A DNA stretch of 64,000 bases from Sedimentisphaerales bacterium (GTDB lineage: Bacteria > Planctomycetota > Phycisphaerae > Sedimentisphaerales > SM23-30). Below are positions 10,428 to 20,711 of the stretch, piece by piece (position 1 is the stretch's first letter; every line of letters starts with the position of its first letter). The notes beneath the pieces are model-generated. The model was given only the letters and a program-made list of their open reading frames with translations, searched no databases and was not told the DNA's origin. Position numbers and translations under genes: made by a program. The stretch lies in assembly GCA_963666285.1 (NCBI GenBank), contig OY762711.1, one strand, 5' to 3'.

Positions 10428-11417
10428 ATGAAAGATGCGATAATAAAATACATATTCCGTCATCCGGGTGTATTGGAAATTGTCAAGAGCATTCGGTCAA
10501 GCCAGGTTCATTATAATCCCCTGTTGCGTAATATTCTTTTACGCAAGATAAGGAGTAAATACTCCGGCTGTGAAGGAAAGATCAGGGGAGTGTGTATTGA
10601 GACTATCCTTACCTGTAATGCCAGGTGTGTTATGTGCCGCCATTCATTTGAGAAGATGACCGGCATAATGGATATGGATCTATTTAAAAAGATAATTGAT
10701 GATTGTGATGAGAACGGTATCAGGTTTATAGGGATGAGTATTTATGGTGAACCGATGCTGGATAAGTATTTTATAGAGCAGGTGGCGTATCTGCGAAAAT
10801 ACGGGATGGAATATTGTTTTTTTACAAATGGTTCGCTTATGACAGACGAGAAAGCCCGCCAGCTTGTAGAGATGGGTGGTCTGTCATTGATAAATTTCTC
10901 AATTAATGCTTATGACCCGGATGTATATAAAACGGTTGTCGGACTGGATCGGGAAACGACATATGAAAATATATTGAACTTTATCAGGCTCAAGCGAGAA
11001 TTGGGAGCGGATGATATGACAATATCTGTTTCTTATGTCAGGTGTAAGGAGAATCGTCACGATTTCAGGAGTTTTGTCAGATTCTGGAAGAGGCAAAAGG
11101 GTGTAGACCGGATAATTTTGACAGACCAGATAAAACTGCCGGACAGTTGTGACCCGGCGAAAGATAATTCTCGACCGGTTCTTAGCCGGAAGCTGCCATG
11201 CCGGTCTTTATGGGATTCTCTGAATATTTATTATGATGGCAAAGTAGCACCTTGCTGTGGTGATAATACTCGTACTCTTATTGTAGGTGACATGAATAAG
11301 CAGTCTTTGAAGGAGATAAACCAGGGAGAGAAGCAGGCATCGCTTTGCCGGATGCATCTGGCTGATCGCCGCAAAGAACACCCGGTGTGTTCCAGGTGTA
11401 GATTTGATGGTTTTTAG
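10428..11417 (+). CDS. Radical SAM protein with SPASM/twitch domain
   Basis: CNARCVMC motif, GEP, TNG; C-terminal CRSLW...PCC...CSRC. Confidence 0.9.
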   Translation: MKDAIIKYIFRHPGVLEIVKSIRSSQVHYNPLLRNILLRKIRSKYSGCEGKIRGVCIETILTCNARCVMCRHSFEKMTGIMDMDLFKKIIDDCDENGIRFIGMSIYGEPMLDKYFIEQVAYLRKYGMEYCFFTNGSLMTDEKARQLVEMGGLSLINFSINAYDPDVYKTVVGLDRETTYENILNFIRLKRELGADDMTISVSYVRCKENRHDFRSFVRFWKRQKGVDRIILTDQIKLPDSCDPAKDNSRPVLSRKLPCRSLWDSLNIYYDGKVAPCCGDNTRTLIVGDMNKQSLKEINQGEKQASLCRMHLADRRKEHPVCSRCRFDGF

Positions 11418-11428
11418 GATGGTATAAA

Positions 11429-12289
11429 ATGAGAGATAGTAAAACAATAGAATATATACCGGTATCAGTTGTAGTGCCGGTGAAAAATGAGGAGAAGAAT
11501 ATTGCGCGATGCCTGGAGCAATTAAGTGAGTTTGATGATATTCAGGTAATCGATTCGGGAAGTACCGACAGGACTCCGGAAATTGCGGAAAGCTATCCGA
11601 ATGTCAGGGTTGTGCAATTTGAATGGAGCGGTAAATATCCTAAAAAGCGAAACTGGACCCTGGAGAACTGTGATTTTAAGTATGAGTGGGTTTTGTTTGT
11701 TGATGCAGATGAGTTTTTGTCAGAATCGTTTAAGCGTGAACTGGCAAAGGTGATTGCAACAACAACGCACAATGGCTTTTGGCTGCGGTTTACAAATTAT
11801 TTTATGGGTAAACAGTTGCGTTTCGGCGATATGTTTACCAAGATAGCTCTGGTGAAAAGGGGGTGCGGTCGTTATGAATATACCGAGGAAGATAAATGGT
11901 CGAAACTTGATATGGAAGTACACGAGCCATTGGTGATTGATGGTACGGTAGGTGTGATAAAGAGTAAGATTATTCATGAAGATAGAAAAGGTTTGAAGCA
12001 GTATATCGAGCAGCATAATGAGTATTCATCCTGGGAGACGCGGCAATATTATTCGATAAGAAAGGATCCGGAGATATGGTCAAAAGTATATTTCAGGCGT
12101 AAGCTGAAATATTACCTGCTGCATCAATGGTATTTTGCAATTCTACATTTTGTGTATTCTTATGTTTTCAAATTCGGATTTCTGGATGGTAGAAGAGGGT
12201 TGGTTTTTGCAGTTCTGAAGCTACATTATTATTTTCAGGTTTACTGCAAGGTGGTAGAGTATAAGATGAATTCAGATGAATTCAAATAA
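11429..12289 (+). CDS. Glycosyltransferase family 2 (beta-1,4-glucosyltransferase-like)
   Basis: NEEKNI, DSGSTDRT, KRNW, VDADE, EVHE, GFLDG. Confidence 0.9.
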   Translation: MRDSKTIEYIPVSVVVPVKNEEKNIARCLEQLSEFDDIQVIDSGSTDRTPEIAESYPNVRVVQFEWSGKYPKKRNWTLENCDFKYEWVLFVDADEFLSESFKRELAKVIATTTHNGFWLRFTNYFMGKQLRFGDMFTKIALVKRGCGRYEYTEEDKWSKLDMEVHEPLVIDGTVGVIKSKIIHEDRKGLKQYIEQHNEYSSWETRQYYSIRKDPEIWSKVYFRRKLKYYLLHQWYFAILHFVYSYVFKFGFLDGRRGLVFAVLKLHYYFQVYCKVVEYKMNSDEFK

Positions 12290-12315
12290 ACTAAGGACAC
12301 AATGGGGGTGTTATA

Positions 12316-13128
12316 ATGTTTAGAGGCATGGCGAATCAATTAACAAGGGGATTGGTATTAAAGAGAAAGCTGCCGCAAAGAGTTGGCGGGATATCGATAT
12401 TTGTTTCACCGGTTGCAGCTCTTAGCTATTTAAAATATGACATAGGTAATGTTAATACTATCCCTCAGTTGATAGATGCAGCTGATATGTTCGTAAAAGA
12501 AGGTGATGTAGTATGGGATATAGGGGCAAATGTTGGCATATTCTCTTATGTGTCAGCATGGAAGGCCGGCAGAAATGGTCGTGTGGTCGCTGTTGAGGCA
12601 GATACTTTTCTTGTTGAACTGATGCAGAAGACCAATGAGATACAGGATTATGGAAAAATATCTAAAGTTGATGTTATTCCCGCGGCAGTTTCCAGTAAAT
12701 GCGGGTTTGCCAGGTTAAGCATTGCCGGAAAGGGTAGAGGAGCTAATCACCTTGAAAATGTGAAAGGTTCAACCCAAACCGGTAGAATTCAGAGAAAGAA
12801 CTGGGTATGTGCTATTACTCTGGACAGCATATTGGAAGAGTTTCCTGCTCCAAATGTTATTAAGATTGATGTTGAAGGAGCAGAATATGAAGTCCTGCTT
12901 GGAGCTAAAAGGGTTTTAACTGAATACAAACCTTTGATGATTATCGAAGTTATGAGCGAATTTTCCGAGAAAGTTGCAGAGCTATTGAGGCCTTTTGGTT
13001 ATGTTTTTTACGATATGGACAATCCCGGTTCAGCGGCGGTAGAAATGCCGGCATATAATACAATAGCAGTTCCTTCAGATTTGGAACTGGATATAGAAAA
13101 TATAGCGAGCAACTACAAGCTGAACTGA
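12316..13128 (+). CDS. FkbM family methyltransferase
   Basis: WDIGANVG, VEAD, IKIDVEGAEYEVLLGA. Confidence 0.92.
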   Translation: MFRGMANQLTRGLVLKRKLPQRVGGISIFVSPVAALSYLKYDIGNVNTIPQLIDAADMFVKEGDVVWDIGANVGIFSYVSAWKAGRNGRVVAVEADTFLVELMQKTNEIQDYGKISKVDVIPAAVSSKCGFARLSIAGKGRGANHLENVKGSTQTGRIQRKNWVCAITLDSILEEFPAPNVIKIDVEGAEYEVLLGAKRVLTEYKPLMIIEVMSEFSEKVAELLRPFGYVFYDMDNPGSAAVEMPAYNTIAVPSDLELDIENIASNYKLN

Positions 13129-13151
13129 AAATGAAAAACTCAGGAATATAA

Positions 13152-14549
13152 GTGCAGAAAAAGACAAAAGCAGCATTAGTCAGGCCGGCAGCCACCTATG
13201 CCAACTGGTACAGACAGCCCTCTTTGGGGATTGTATATATTTGTGAAAATCTCGAGAAGGCCGGTTACCAGGTAAGGATATTTGATGCTTACTATAACGG
13301 CTGGAGTGATAAAGAACTGACAGATAAAATTCTCGAATACGGTCCGGATATACTAGGCGTTTCGGCAATGACTCATGAAGTGTCGAGAGTAGCTGAGTGT
13401 GCAGCAGAGATCAAGCAGCAGCTGGATATTCCCGTTGTTATCGGCGGCTGCCATGTTACAGCATTGCCGGTTGAAACCCTGGAGGAATTTTCTGTATTTG
13501 ATTTTGGTATTACCGGTGAAGGTGAGAAGGTAATCGTAGATCTGGCGGATGCAATAGTTTCCGGGGCAAAAGATTTTAGTAATGTTGACGGGGTTGTCTG
13601 GCGAGCAGGTTCAGGGATAGTGCAAAATAAAGCTCAAGCCTCTCTTTCGGGTGAGGACCTGGAGGAGATCCCGGTAAATGCATTGAGGCAGTATTACCCT
13701 GAAGGGAAAACAGCATTAGCGGCGAAAGAGAAATATTATGTAATATTTTCATCAAGAGGGTGTCCGTACTGTTGTGCTTTTTGTATGCATGTTCTGGGTA
13801 ATAATGTTCGATATCGATCAATTGCCAGTGTAATAGCGGAGATGAAATATGCAATAGAGCATTTTGGAGCCCATACATTTGATTTTTCAGATGAGGTTTT
13901 CTTATTCAATAATGACCGGACCAGGCAACTGCTTCAGGCGTTTATAGATGAAGGCCTGTCTGAAATAATAAGATGGTCCGGCCTTACCAGGGCTAACCTG
14001 GTAACAGATGACCTGATTGCTTTGGCAAAGAAAGCGGGTTGTTTTAAGCTGGAGATGGGAGTGGAGTCAGGTGATGAGCAGGTGTTGATAAATATCAACA
14101 AGAAGATCACTGTTGACCAGGTAAGGAATGCTGTCGGTATAATCAAGAAACATAATATTGACCTGGGGACGTATTATATCCTTGGACATCCCGGCGAAAC
14201 GAAGGAAACTATAAAGAAGACTGTTAATCTGGCAATAGAGCTAAATACAAATACTATAGCTGTAGGTATTATGGTGCCGTATCCGGGTACTAAAGTATAT
14301 AAGATGGCCTGCAATAAAGAGTATGGCTATGAGCTTGTGTCAAAAGACTGGTCAAAGTATGACAAATATGGCGGAAAGGCATTGGCGATAAAAGGCTTAT
14401 CATATGAGTTTATGGAGAAATGGCAGAAAAAGGCTTTGTTTCTGTTGTATTTGAAGAATTATCGTTATGGTGATCTTTTCAGCTATATATGGAAACGGAG
14501 GCAGGCGATAAAGTACTTTTTTAAGAGAAAAATATTTAATCAGCTTTAA
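13152..14549 (+). CDS. Cobalamin-binding radical SAM protein
   Basis: PSLGI, GGCHVT, GEGE, SRGCPYCCAFC, GVESG, PYPGT. Confidence 0.9.
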   Translation: MQKKTKAALVRPAATYANWYRQPSLGIVYICENLEKAGYQVRIFDAYYNGWSDKELTDKILEYGPDILGVSAMTHEVSRVAECAAEIKQQLDIPVVIGGCHVTALPVETLEEFSVFDFGITGEGEKVIVDLADAIVSGAKDFSNVDGVVWRAGSGIVQNKAQASLSGEDLEEIPVNALRQYYPEGKTALAAKEKYYVIFSSRGCPYCCAFCMHVLGNNVRYRSIASVIAEMKYAIEHFGAHTFDFSDEVFLFNNDRTRQLLQAFIDEGLSEIIRWSGLTRANLVTDDLIALAKKAGCFKLEMGVESGDEQVLININKKITVDQVRNAVGIIKKHNIDLGTYYILGHPGETKETIKKTVNLAIELNTNTIAVGIMVPYPGTKVYKMACNKEYGYELVSKDWSKYDKYGGKALAIKGLSYEFMEKWQKKALFLLYLKNYRYGDLFSYIWKRRQAIKYFFKRKIFNQL

Positions 14550-14630
14550 AAGTGTAAATTCTTTGCCTATATATAAAGGTAGATAGAGCAAAAGGCTATT
14601 AAATAAAACTAAGAACAGATTTGAATTAAT

Positions 14631-15056
14631 ATGGATGCAATAAAAGAATTTTTTGAGCTGAATGATAAATTTGGCCAGTATATCGGAGTTGAAATAGTTG
14701 AGGTATCCGAGGGCTGCTGTATAGCCCGTATGCCGGTAAAATATTGTCATCTCAATGGAGCAAAAGTCGTGCATGGCGGGGTAATATTTACTCTTGCCGA
14801 TCTGGCATTTGCCGCAGCGGTAAATGCCCACGGCCGAGTAGCGGTAGCTGCCAGTGCCAGCATAACATTTGTAAATGGTGCCAAGCTTGATGACGTATTG
14901 ACTGCCAAAGCGGTTGAGAATCATTTGGGCCACAAAATGGCAAGTTATGAAGTAAAAGTTACTGATCAGGATGATAACTTGATTGCAACTTTTAATGGGC
15001 TGGCATACCGAAAAGAGATAACCCTGAAACAGTTCCTGGAAAAGGGGAAATCGTAA
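14631..15056 (+). CDS. PaaI-family hotdog-fold thioesterase
   Basis: HLNGAKVVHGGVIFTLADLAFAAAVN. Confidence 0.9.
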   Translation: MDAIKEFFELNDKFGQYIGVEIVEVSEGCCIARMPVKYCHLNGAKVVHGGVIFTLADLAFAAAVNAHGRVAVAASASITFVNGAKLDDVLTAKAVENHLGHKMASYEVKVTDQDDNLIATFNGLAYRKEITLKQFLEKGKS

Positions 15057-15144
15057 ATGATGATGTCAGTTCCTTATATCTCCGATCAGGTTGAACTGGA
15101 TTTGTGATATAAGTATTTATTAAATAATAGTTTACGTAATAAGG

Positions 15145-15180
15145 GGGCGTGTTCTTATGTAAAGAATACGCCCTTTTTTG
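15145..15180 (+). terminator. Intrinsic terminator
   Basis: GGGCGTGTTCTT/AAGAATACGCCC stem followed by T-tract. Confidence 0.7.
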
Positions 15181-15457
15181 TATTATTTGGCCAATAGTAA
15201 GTGTGTTTATAGCCGAAGAGTAAGATGGTATGTTTGTTTCTTTATTAAAATAATATTGTATATTTTACCGGAGGTACAGGTGTGGTATTGCTGTGGTAAA
15301 TTGTGAATATACATGGTTTTACGCGAAATTTATTAGTAGGGGCTTCTAAAAAGCGATATTTTTTTTGATTTTAGGGTACATTATTTCCCGGATAGCGCAG
15401 TTAATATTAGAGAAGAAACATCAATCTATTGATTATTTGGACTATTAGATATTTTTT

Positions 15458-15979
15458 ATGCAAAATGATCACGATAAATTTTTAAGATTGCTAATGGCTA
15501 ATCGTAACCGGATTTTCAGCTATATCCTGAAAATGGTTCCAAACTGGAATGACGCAGAGGATATCATGCAGAATACAAGTTCTGTAATCTGGAAAAAGAT
15601 TGACCAGTATAGAGAAGGTCAGGATTTTGCATCCTGGGGTTGCGGCATTGCAAGATATGAAATTTTATCATTTTTGCGTAAAAAGAAGAACAGCCGTCTG
15701 ATATTTGATGAAGATCTGATGAACCAGATCGAGCAGAATACAGATCGTAAAGATGGAACTAATATAGAAGAGATTAGCAATGCCGCCAGAGATTGTGTTA
15801 AGAAATTAAATTTAACCGATCAAAAAATAGTTCAGTTGCGGTATGATGAAGAGTTGTCGGTCAAGCAGATTTCAAGTCGTTTAAGTCGTTCAGTTCGTGG
15901 ATTATATAAGAGTCTGGCAAGGATTCATGACAACCTGTTAAGTTGCGTAGAGCTAAAAATTGCACAGGAGCGTCAATAA
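15458..15979 (+). CDS. ECF sigma-70 factor (Rhodopirellula/Verrucomicrobium type)
   Basis: DAEDIMQNT...WKK...F.SW.CGIARYE; region 4 YKSLARIH..L..CV. Confidence 0.9.
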   Translation: MQNDHDKFLRLLMANRNRIFSYILKMVPNWNDAEDIMQNTSSVIWKKIDQYREGQDFASWGCGIARYEILSFLRKKKNSRLIFDEDLMNQIEQNTDRKDGTNIEEISNAARDCVKKLNLTDQKIVQLRYDEELSVKQISSRLSRSVRGLYKSLARIHDNLLSCVELKIAQERQ

Positions 15980-17670
15980 TGGATTCATTTGACAGAATAA
16001 GACTAAACGAACTGATTGTGGCCTCAATTGATAATGATATTACGTCCGAGCAGTTTGCTGAATTAAAGGAATGTCTGAGAAATGATCCGCAGGCGCAGGA
16101 TTATTATTCAAAAATAATTAAACTATTTGTTGTTCTCAAGGAAAATCGAGCTGTTCTGGCAGAGCAGAATGTAGACGATGAGATATCCCAGTTTTTCCAT
16201 GAAATTATCAATGACGGTTTGGCAATTCCTGCAATCAGGGATGAAATGATTCTTGACAAGTCAGATCTTGATGAATCAGAGGAACAGTCCCCGAAGAGCC
16301 GTCATCGTGAGATAAACAGGAAAACACTGGTTTCTAATTTATATAAATTTGCCGCGATCATGGTAGTCTTCTTTTCGATATATATAGTTGACTACTGGCT
16401 TAGAAACCAAAAGGGAATAGATGGGAAGCAATATTTAGGCAAGCTTAGCCGAGTAGTTGATGCTCAGTGGGACAATGTTTCCGGACCGATAGGTGCCGGT
16501 AGTGATTTATATGCCGGTCCTATGAGCCTGAAGAAAGGTTTGGCTGAGATAGTCCTCAGTAACGGAGCAGAGGTTATTGTAGAAGGGCCATGTGAATTTA
16601 AGCTGGAAAGTGACTTTCAGATTTACCTTGATTACGGTTCGCTGGTTGCCAATATAGAAAACACCCTAAAGAAACGTCTGGTTGTAAGGACCGGTAATGC
16701 GACTGTTGTTGATTATGGCACAGAGTTTGGTGTTTCTGTTGACCTTACAGGTAATACCACTACCCAGGTTTTTCAGGGGTGTGTAGAATTGCGTCAGGGA
16801 TCAGATCCATTCAAATATGAAAAGACCCTCAGGCTGGAAAAAGATCAGGGTGGTCAGGTTAACCCATACGGTAACATTTATAATGTTCAATCGAATCATT
16901 ATGAGTTTGTCCGTAAAGAGCAGTTTAATGTAGAAGTTAAGGCAGCTGAAGGCTCAGCATATTATAAATGGAAGGCATACAGTTACAGGTTGAGAAGCAG
17001 GCAGGACCTGGTTGCGTATTATACTTTTGAAGACGATGGTACCGGAATTTTGCATAATATTGCCGGCTCAACTCAAGGTAAATATGATGGCACTTTTATG
17101 AGCATGCTGGATAATAATTCGCTGCCGGAATGGATCCCCGGCAGATGGTCAAGAAAGACTGCTATGAGATTTGATTCACAAGCTAAGCAGTATATTGTTG
17201 CTAAAGCAGATGAAAAATTAAATATAAATGGAACAGTCACCCTTGCAGCCTGGATTAAACTGGATACAGAAACAGACGGCGGTCATATTTTATCAAATCG
17301 TATCCAAAAAGGTTCAATTAATTACCAGTTGGCTTATAACGTCAGATCTTATAGAGACAAGATACAGTTTTTGAGATATGACCAGCAAAAACAACGGGTA
17401 ACCCCAAAAGATTTAAAGATTTCTACATCAGATTGGCATTTGCTGACAGTAACCCATGATAATCAACAGATCAAGTTTTATGTTGATGGAGAACTGCTGG
17501 ATGTAAGAGATTATCAGTTCAAAACATCTCCAATAGGAGGAGATCTTTATATCGGTTCCGATAGGACAGACGTAGATATGTTTCAAGGTGTAATAGGAGA
17601 GGTTGCAATCTTCAACAGCGTACTTCGTGATGCCGAGATTGCAGAAATGTATGAAAAAGGACGTCCGTAA
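15979..17670 (+). CDS. FecR-like anti-sigma factor with C-terminal LamG domain
   Basis: Coupled to sigma (TAATG); one TM; VVDYGTEFGV FecR motif; LVAYYTFE...WHLLTVTHD...YVDG...GEVAIFN LamG. Confidence 0.88.
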   Translation: MDSFDRIRLNELIVASIDNDITSEQFAELKECLRNDPQAQDYYSKIIKLFVVLKENRAVLAEQNVDDEISQFFHEIINDGLAIPAIRDEMILDKSDLDESEEQSPKSRHREINRKTLVSNLYKFAAIMVVFFSIYIVDYWLRNQKGIDGKQYLGKLSRVVDAQWDNVSGPIGAGSDLYAGPMSLKKGLAEIVLSNGAEVIVEGPCEFKLESDFQIYLDYGSLVANIENTLKKRLVVRTGNATVVDYGTEFGVSVDLTGNTTTQVFQGCVELRQGSDPFKYEKTLRLEKDQGGQVNPYGNIYNVQSNHYEFVRKEQFNVEVKAAEGSAYYKWKAYSYRLRSRQDLVAYYTFEDDGTGILHNIAGSTQGKYDGTFMSMLDNNSLPEWIPGRWSRKTAMRFDSQAKQYIVAKADEKLNINGTVTLAAWIKLDTETDGGHILSNRIQKGSINYQLAYNVRSYRDKIQFLRYDQQKQRVTPKDLKISTSDWHLLTVTHDNQQIKFYVDGELLDVRDYQFKTSPIGGDLYIGSDRTDVDMFQGVIGEVAIFNSVLRDAEIAEMYEKGRP

Positions 17671-17948
17671 TTCTTATATGCAGAGAATATGCTGCAGCGA
17701 GAAAAACGAGATGAAGTCTTATAATATTGTGCAGAATATGTAAAGAATTTGCAGGTATTAGTTTGATTTTCAAGTGATATTATTATTTTGTATTGTAAAC
17801 AGCTGTAAGTTCAGCTGAGAATTTCCGGGGCCGATTAGTAAAGGTTTAGGCAAAGGAATTTATAGTAAGAGTTATTGTTGTTGGAGTGCGTGGCTCCATA
17901 ATAACCGTTCAAGTTTAGTTGTTATTTTTCAAAGAGGAGTATTGACAA

Positions 17949-19958
17949 ATGAAAAAGGTTTTTGCAATTAAATTGTTTATGTTGTTGACTTTGATTGGGG
18001 CGCCGATGGCGACTTATGGGGCTGATGCGACTGTAGATGATCTCTATAATGCCGTTACAGAACTTATTGGTCCTGATTCTTATGTGTATTTTGACCATAC
18101 CGGCACTCAATATGAGGTTGATGGTTATAGGGCCAAATCATTTGGAGTTAATGGCGATTTGACAGATTCCGGCGGCGGTCATGGCTGGACAGAGAATGCA
18201 GAGTTTGCAGAATCTCTTACCGGTCTAATGGGATCAGCAGAATATAACCTGTATGTGATTGCCATTGGAAGAAGTGATAGTGATGGCTGGGGAGTAAGGG
18301 TAGGTTTTGAATCATTAAATTACTCATTGTCAGCTCTTGATATTGGCCATGATGATACTTTGACCAAGTATAACCTGGGTCTATACCAAAATGCTGATGA
18401 AGCATATCCTTTCAGAGAAAATTCCGGTTCCAGTACACAAGCCTGTATGCATGCTGTATATGTAGGAACATTTACAGCAGATGCCAGTGGTAATGCAACT
18501 ATTTATGTAGATAATGTAAATGAAGTTCAGATTGGCGATGTTATTGGTGACCGTACCATGTATGATGGTTTACTGGTAGCTCCAGTGCAGGCATCTGATC
18601 CAGTACCGGCTAATGAAGCAACTTATGTTGAGCTTGATACAGATCTTAGCTGGACATCACCAGGCGAAGGCTATGCTTTTGATGTATATTTTGGCACAGA
18701 AGAGCCTAATGCAATGCAGACAAATTATGGTCCAACCTTTACTAAGGTAACCAGTGTACCGCAGACAGAGACAACAGTAGAAATCCCAACAGCTTTGGAT
18801 TATTCTACCGATTACTATTGGGTAGTTGAAACTTATGCACCAGGAAGCACAGAAGTATTGGCTTCAAATTACTGGATGTTTACAACTGAGCCATATGATA
18901 GTGCACCAGCAGTAACAGCAGGCAGCAGCTATATTACCTGGCTTGACAATCTGGCACAGGGTGTAGATGCCGTAGTTGATGACAATGGTGAAAATGATGT
19001 TGCTGATTCTGATGTAGTATGGACAATTGATACTTATGCCGGTGATCCGGTTTCAGGCTCTGGAAGGGCATTTGATCGCGGCATGACCAGTGCTAATGCA
19101 GTAACATTAAGTGAACAGGGTTACGATCCGAATATTTTATCTGATTGGGTAGGTTGTGATGCTCGTACTGACAATAAAGGTAATCCAATTGTATTTGTTA
19201 TAAGTGGTCTTCCTGCCGGTGAATATACCTGGACATCAATGCATCACGATTACAATGATCAGACAGGCCTGTTTGATGTATATGTTGATGGTGCATTAGC
19301 AGCCGCTGACGTTGATATGACTTCAGGAACTCAAACTCCAGCAGAATTTACTACTACAATAACTTCAGATGGTTCTACTCCAGTTAAGGTTCTGTTTAAG
19401 GAAGTTAGTATTACTGGTAGCGGAATTGGTATTTTTGGTATCAATGCATTAAAATTATCAGATGATAATAATGCTCTAAATATTGATTTTGGTACAGCTG
19501 CATCAAGTGTTGCAGTTGGATATGAAGCTTATACAGCTGCTGATAAAGATCTGGCTTCGTTCTCTGCCCAGGACTTTGCCTTTGGTTCTGCTACTGTAAC
19601 AATAGACGCGGAATTTGGTCCATTAGCGGCCGGTTGGATTGATGCAAGCATTACTAAGACAAGTACAGATCCTCTGGCACCAACAGCTACATTTACTACC
19701 AACTATCCAGGAACATACGTTCTTAAGGTGTCAGCTACAGATGATACTGTCTTTGGTCCGGAAGCATTGGTCGGATCAGCTACTCTTGAAGTTCAGGTTG
19801 CTGAAGATGCTTGTGCTGCAGCACAGCTGTCAGATAACTGGGACGGTTTCGACTTCTATGATGTTGATTCAAACTGTGTTATCAATGTAAGTGATTTCGC
19901 AGCATTTGCAGCAACATGGCTAGACTTTACAAGTATGACAGAAGCTGAAGCTTACTAA
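17949..19958 (+). CDS. Secreted acidic multidomain protein with C-terminal dockerin/EF-hand-like module
   Basis: Signal peptide; P.PAN...LSW...FDVYFGT...YYWVV module; PGTYVLKVSATD Ig-like; DVDSNCVINVSDFAAFAATWL tail. Confidence 0.75.
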   Translation: MKKVFAIKLFMLLTLIGAPMATYGADATVDDLYNAVTELIGPDSYVYFDHTGTQYEVDGYRAKSFGVNGDLTDSGGGHGWTENAEFAESLTGLMGSAEYNLYVIAIGRSDSDGWGVRVGFESLNYSLSALDIGHDDTLTKYNLGLYQNADEAYPFRENSGSSTQACMHAVYVGTFTADASGNATIYVDNVNEVQIGDVIGDRTMYDGLLVAPVQASDPVPANEATYVELDTDLSWTSPGEGYAFDVYFGTEEPNAMQTNYGPTFTKVTSVPQTETTVEIPTALDYSTDYYWVVETYAPGSTEVLASNYWMFTTEPYDSAPAVTAGSSYITWLDNLAQGVDAVVDDNGENDVADSDVVWTIDTYAGDPVSGSGRAFDRGMTSANAVTLSEQGYDPNILSDWVGCDARTDNKGNPIVFVISGLPAGEYTWTSMHHDYNDQTGLFDVYVDGALAAADVDMTSGTQTPAEFTTTITSDGSTPVKVLFKEVSITGSGIGIFGINALKLSDDNNALNIDFGTAASSVAVGYEAYTAADKDLASFSAQDFAFGSATVTIDAEFGPLAAGWIDASITKTSTDPLAPTATFTTNYPGTYVLKVSATDDTVFGPEALVGSATLEVQVAEDACAAAQLSDNWDGFDFYDVDSNCVINVSDFAAFAATWLDFTSMTEAEAY

Positions 19959-19990
19959 GATTGACAGTATAGTCATACAATTAAATTATG

Positions 19991-20027
19991 AAATACCCTT
20001 TCGCATTAGCGGGAGGGTATTTTTTTT
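19991..20027 (+). terminator. Intrinsic terminator
   Basis: AATACCCTTTCGC/GCGGGAGGGTATT stem plus T-tract. Confidence 0.75.
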
Positions 20028-20034
20028 GGTGTCC

Positions 20035-20637
20035 TTATTCGGCTATAAGCCTGGTGTTGTGTGCATGTATTTTATTGAAAAGGAAGAACGCTGATATTCC
20101 ACCGATTAAGCCCCCGGTATGCGACATGGTGACAGGTATACCTACATATCCCAGGTGGCAGGATTGGAAGAGCAGGTTTCCCGTGAGTGATTCCAGCAGG
20201 CATTTGCAGATTATAATTGTTGTTATCACTATACCAGCTTTCCTCATTTCCTTATCTCCATAGATTAATTCCAGCCCTACGATTGCCATTAGTCCGTGAT
20301 CTATGCCGGACAGACCGCAATATGAGCTGATATTCAATAGCGGCAGCTGAATATTTACTGCTATCAGGCTGAATATGCCGCAGGATATAACGTATAGGAG
20401 GCGTTTGACGGAAGATTCCTGGTTTAACTGGTGATAAAGCATAAGGAACGCCGAGGCGTCAATGAGCATGTGATAAACGCTGTTGTGAGCGAAGGGGTGG
20501 GTGAAGAGTCTCCATAACTGTCCGTTGCAAACAGCTTCGAGTGAATATGCCATTGGCTCAATTGTAAAACCGATAAACAAAGGCAGATTGATGGTGATGA
20601 TTATCAGGGTAAAAATTATCATTTCCAGTTTTTTCAT
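20035..20637 (-). CDS. rrtA: Rhombosortase (rhomboid family serine protease)
   Basis: GQLWRLFTHPFAH...H, YCGLSGIDHGL (catalytic Ser), SHTGG (catalytic His); follows a GlyGly-CTERM gene. Confidence 0.85.
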   Translation of the reverse strand: MKKLEMIIFTLIIITINLPLFIGFTIEPMAYSLEAVCNGQLWRLFTHPFAHNSVYHMLIDASAFLMLYHQLNQESSVKRLLYVISCGIFSLIAVNIQLPLLNISSYCGLSGIDHGLMAIVGLELIYGDKEMRKAGIVITTIIICKCLLESLTGNLLFQSCHLGYVGIPVTMSHTGGLIGGISAFFLFNKIHAHNTRLIAE

Positions 20638-20711
20638 GATACGCCCCAGGCAAGTTTTTGTACCGGCTGCCAGTACGACAGCCGGTACGTTTTACGGAAT
20701 TATGTAAAGTA

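Noticed and set aside
15374..15405. ECF autoregulatory promoter (GGGTACA...GTTA)
   Set aside because: Plausible, but no reliable consensus or second copy to support it
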